From positions 3,782,001 through 3,846,000 of the forward strand of contig CM120645.1 of NCBI GenBank assembly GCA_051362555.1: a DNA stretch of 64,000 nt, written 5' to 3'. The notes under the pieces are model-generated. The model was not told the DNA's origin. It searched no databases and saw only the letters and a program-made list of their open reading frames with translations. Of this stretch, positions 62,891 through 64,000 are shown piece after piece; positions within the stretch are counted from its first letter, which is position 1, and every line of letters begins with the position of its first letter. Source of the stretch: Lingula anatina. Taxonomy: Eukaryota > Animalia > Brachiopoda. The position numbers and the translations under genes were made by a program.

Positions 62891-64000
62891 AATAAGGAAG
62901 CTAAGGCAGCAAGTTCTACACTGAAAGATTTTAGGACAGGTGGTTTTGAGTAAGGCCTGAAAGCAAAAGTTTGGGCTGATTTTTGTGATAAATGCTTGCA
63001 TTCCTTTGAGACAGAATGCACCAAAACCTTGACCTGTTAAATAAAAATGGGATACAGAAGCTTCTGTCACACTGAGAAACCATGTGAACTAATGCTTAAT
63101 TATGATACAATTTTAAAGGCATACAATGAAGAAATGTAAAACAAGGAAATATCAGACATCAAAGTTGTGCACATGAAGACATCATTGATCTGACAGTCAA
63201 AGTTGGGATACAAAAGCCCTCGCCACTCTTGGAATCCAGTGAAAGATTTGACAAAACAAATGAGGCAAAAAAGACTCTTTCAACGTTATTGACTTTCAGT
63301 GTTATTGGTAAAACAATACTGAGAGCAACTCCATGAAGTAGGGTCTACACTTGCACCCGCTTAATGGGATAACAACTCTTCATTTTGGTGAGGAAAGTGT
63401 CATAAATGGATTTTCCTGGGGTGCACGACATTTTCCCATGTTTTCCAATGGGTAACGAATCTGTTCCAAATTATTATATTTATTTAAAATTGGTAATCTT
63501 CAGAGATTATCATGGAGGGTAGCCATCTAAAAAAAAAATATTATATGAAAAGTTGTGATTGCTTCCAGCTTAGCAGTGAGTACCAAACCAAAACATAATT
63601 GTGCATTCCAAATGTGATTAAGAAACCGATACCTATTGTGAATTAACTGTTTCCAGGAGTTTAGAGGGGTTGAACCCTTTCTGGGCGTGGTTGCAGAAAA
63701 GAACTTCAGACCGAGACTTGGTCTCAACGTGAAGAATGAAAATTTCAGTCTTCAGTTCAAAATAAATTTGACATAGCGAACCACTGAAAGAAAGGAGGCA
63801 GTGGTTTAAGTTTTTTTTTATTAATATAACATGTCTCATTTTATTAAACACACACAATATTTCATATGTACGTGGAGGGGTGGGAAGGTAGGCTAAGAAA
63901 TTTTGTCTTAAAGTAAAGACCAATTTTCGGTTTGAATTTCTCTGTGGAACTTTGTCCAGATATATGTTTAAACTGGTGGGTATGGGAAATAGAATATCAA

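Overview
AT-rich, intron-rich eukaryotic genomic DNA, not prokaryotic. The repeat types and gene content suggest an invertebrate, most likely a mollusc; that assignment is inference. Four complete spliced genes can be rebuilt by hand with phase-consistent splice sites: a peroxisomal ABC half-transporter ABCD1/2 (-, 11 exons, 747 aa); a REDIC1/C12orf40-like meiotic gene (+, about 11 exons, about 1497 aa); an H+/myo-inositol transporter SLC2A13/HMIT (-, 11 exons, 593-594 aa); and a monoglyceride lipase MGLL (+, 8 exons, 303 aa). They form two tight head-to-head pairs. The introns hold a full-length intact RTE-clade LINE with target-site duplications and a candidate 5' HDV-like self-cleaving ribozyme, two families of Helentron-type non-autonomous elements with internal satellite arrays (2 copies each), several fold-back MITEs and minisatellites. 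Most notable: (1) SLC2A13 has two duplicated, apparently mutually exclusive versions of the TM4-TM5 exon, one with an inositol-transporter signature and one with a hexose-transporter signature; (2) the adjacent MGLL independently has two duplicated 90-nt versions of its cap/lid exon, one preceded by tandem RBFOX motifs; (3) the ABCD-REDIC1-SLC2A13 order and orientation match human 12q12 as I recall it; (4) the RTE starts exactly at a predicted ribozyme cleavage site. All coordinates were counted by eye and all homology calls come from remembered motifs, not database searches.
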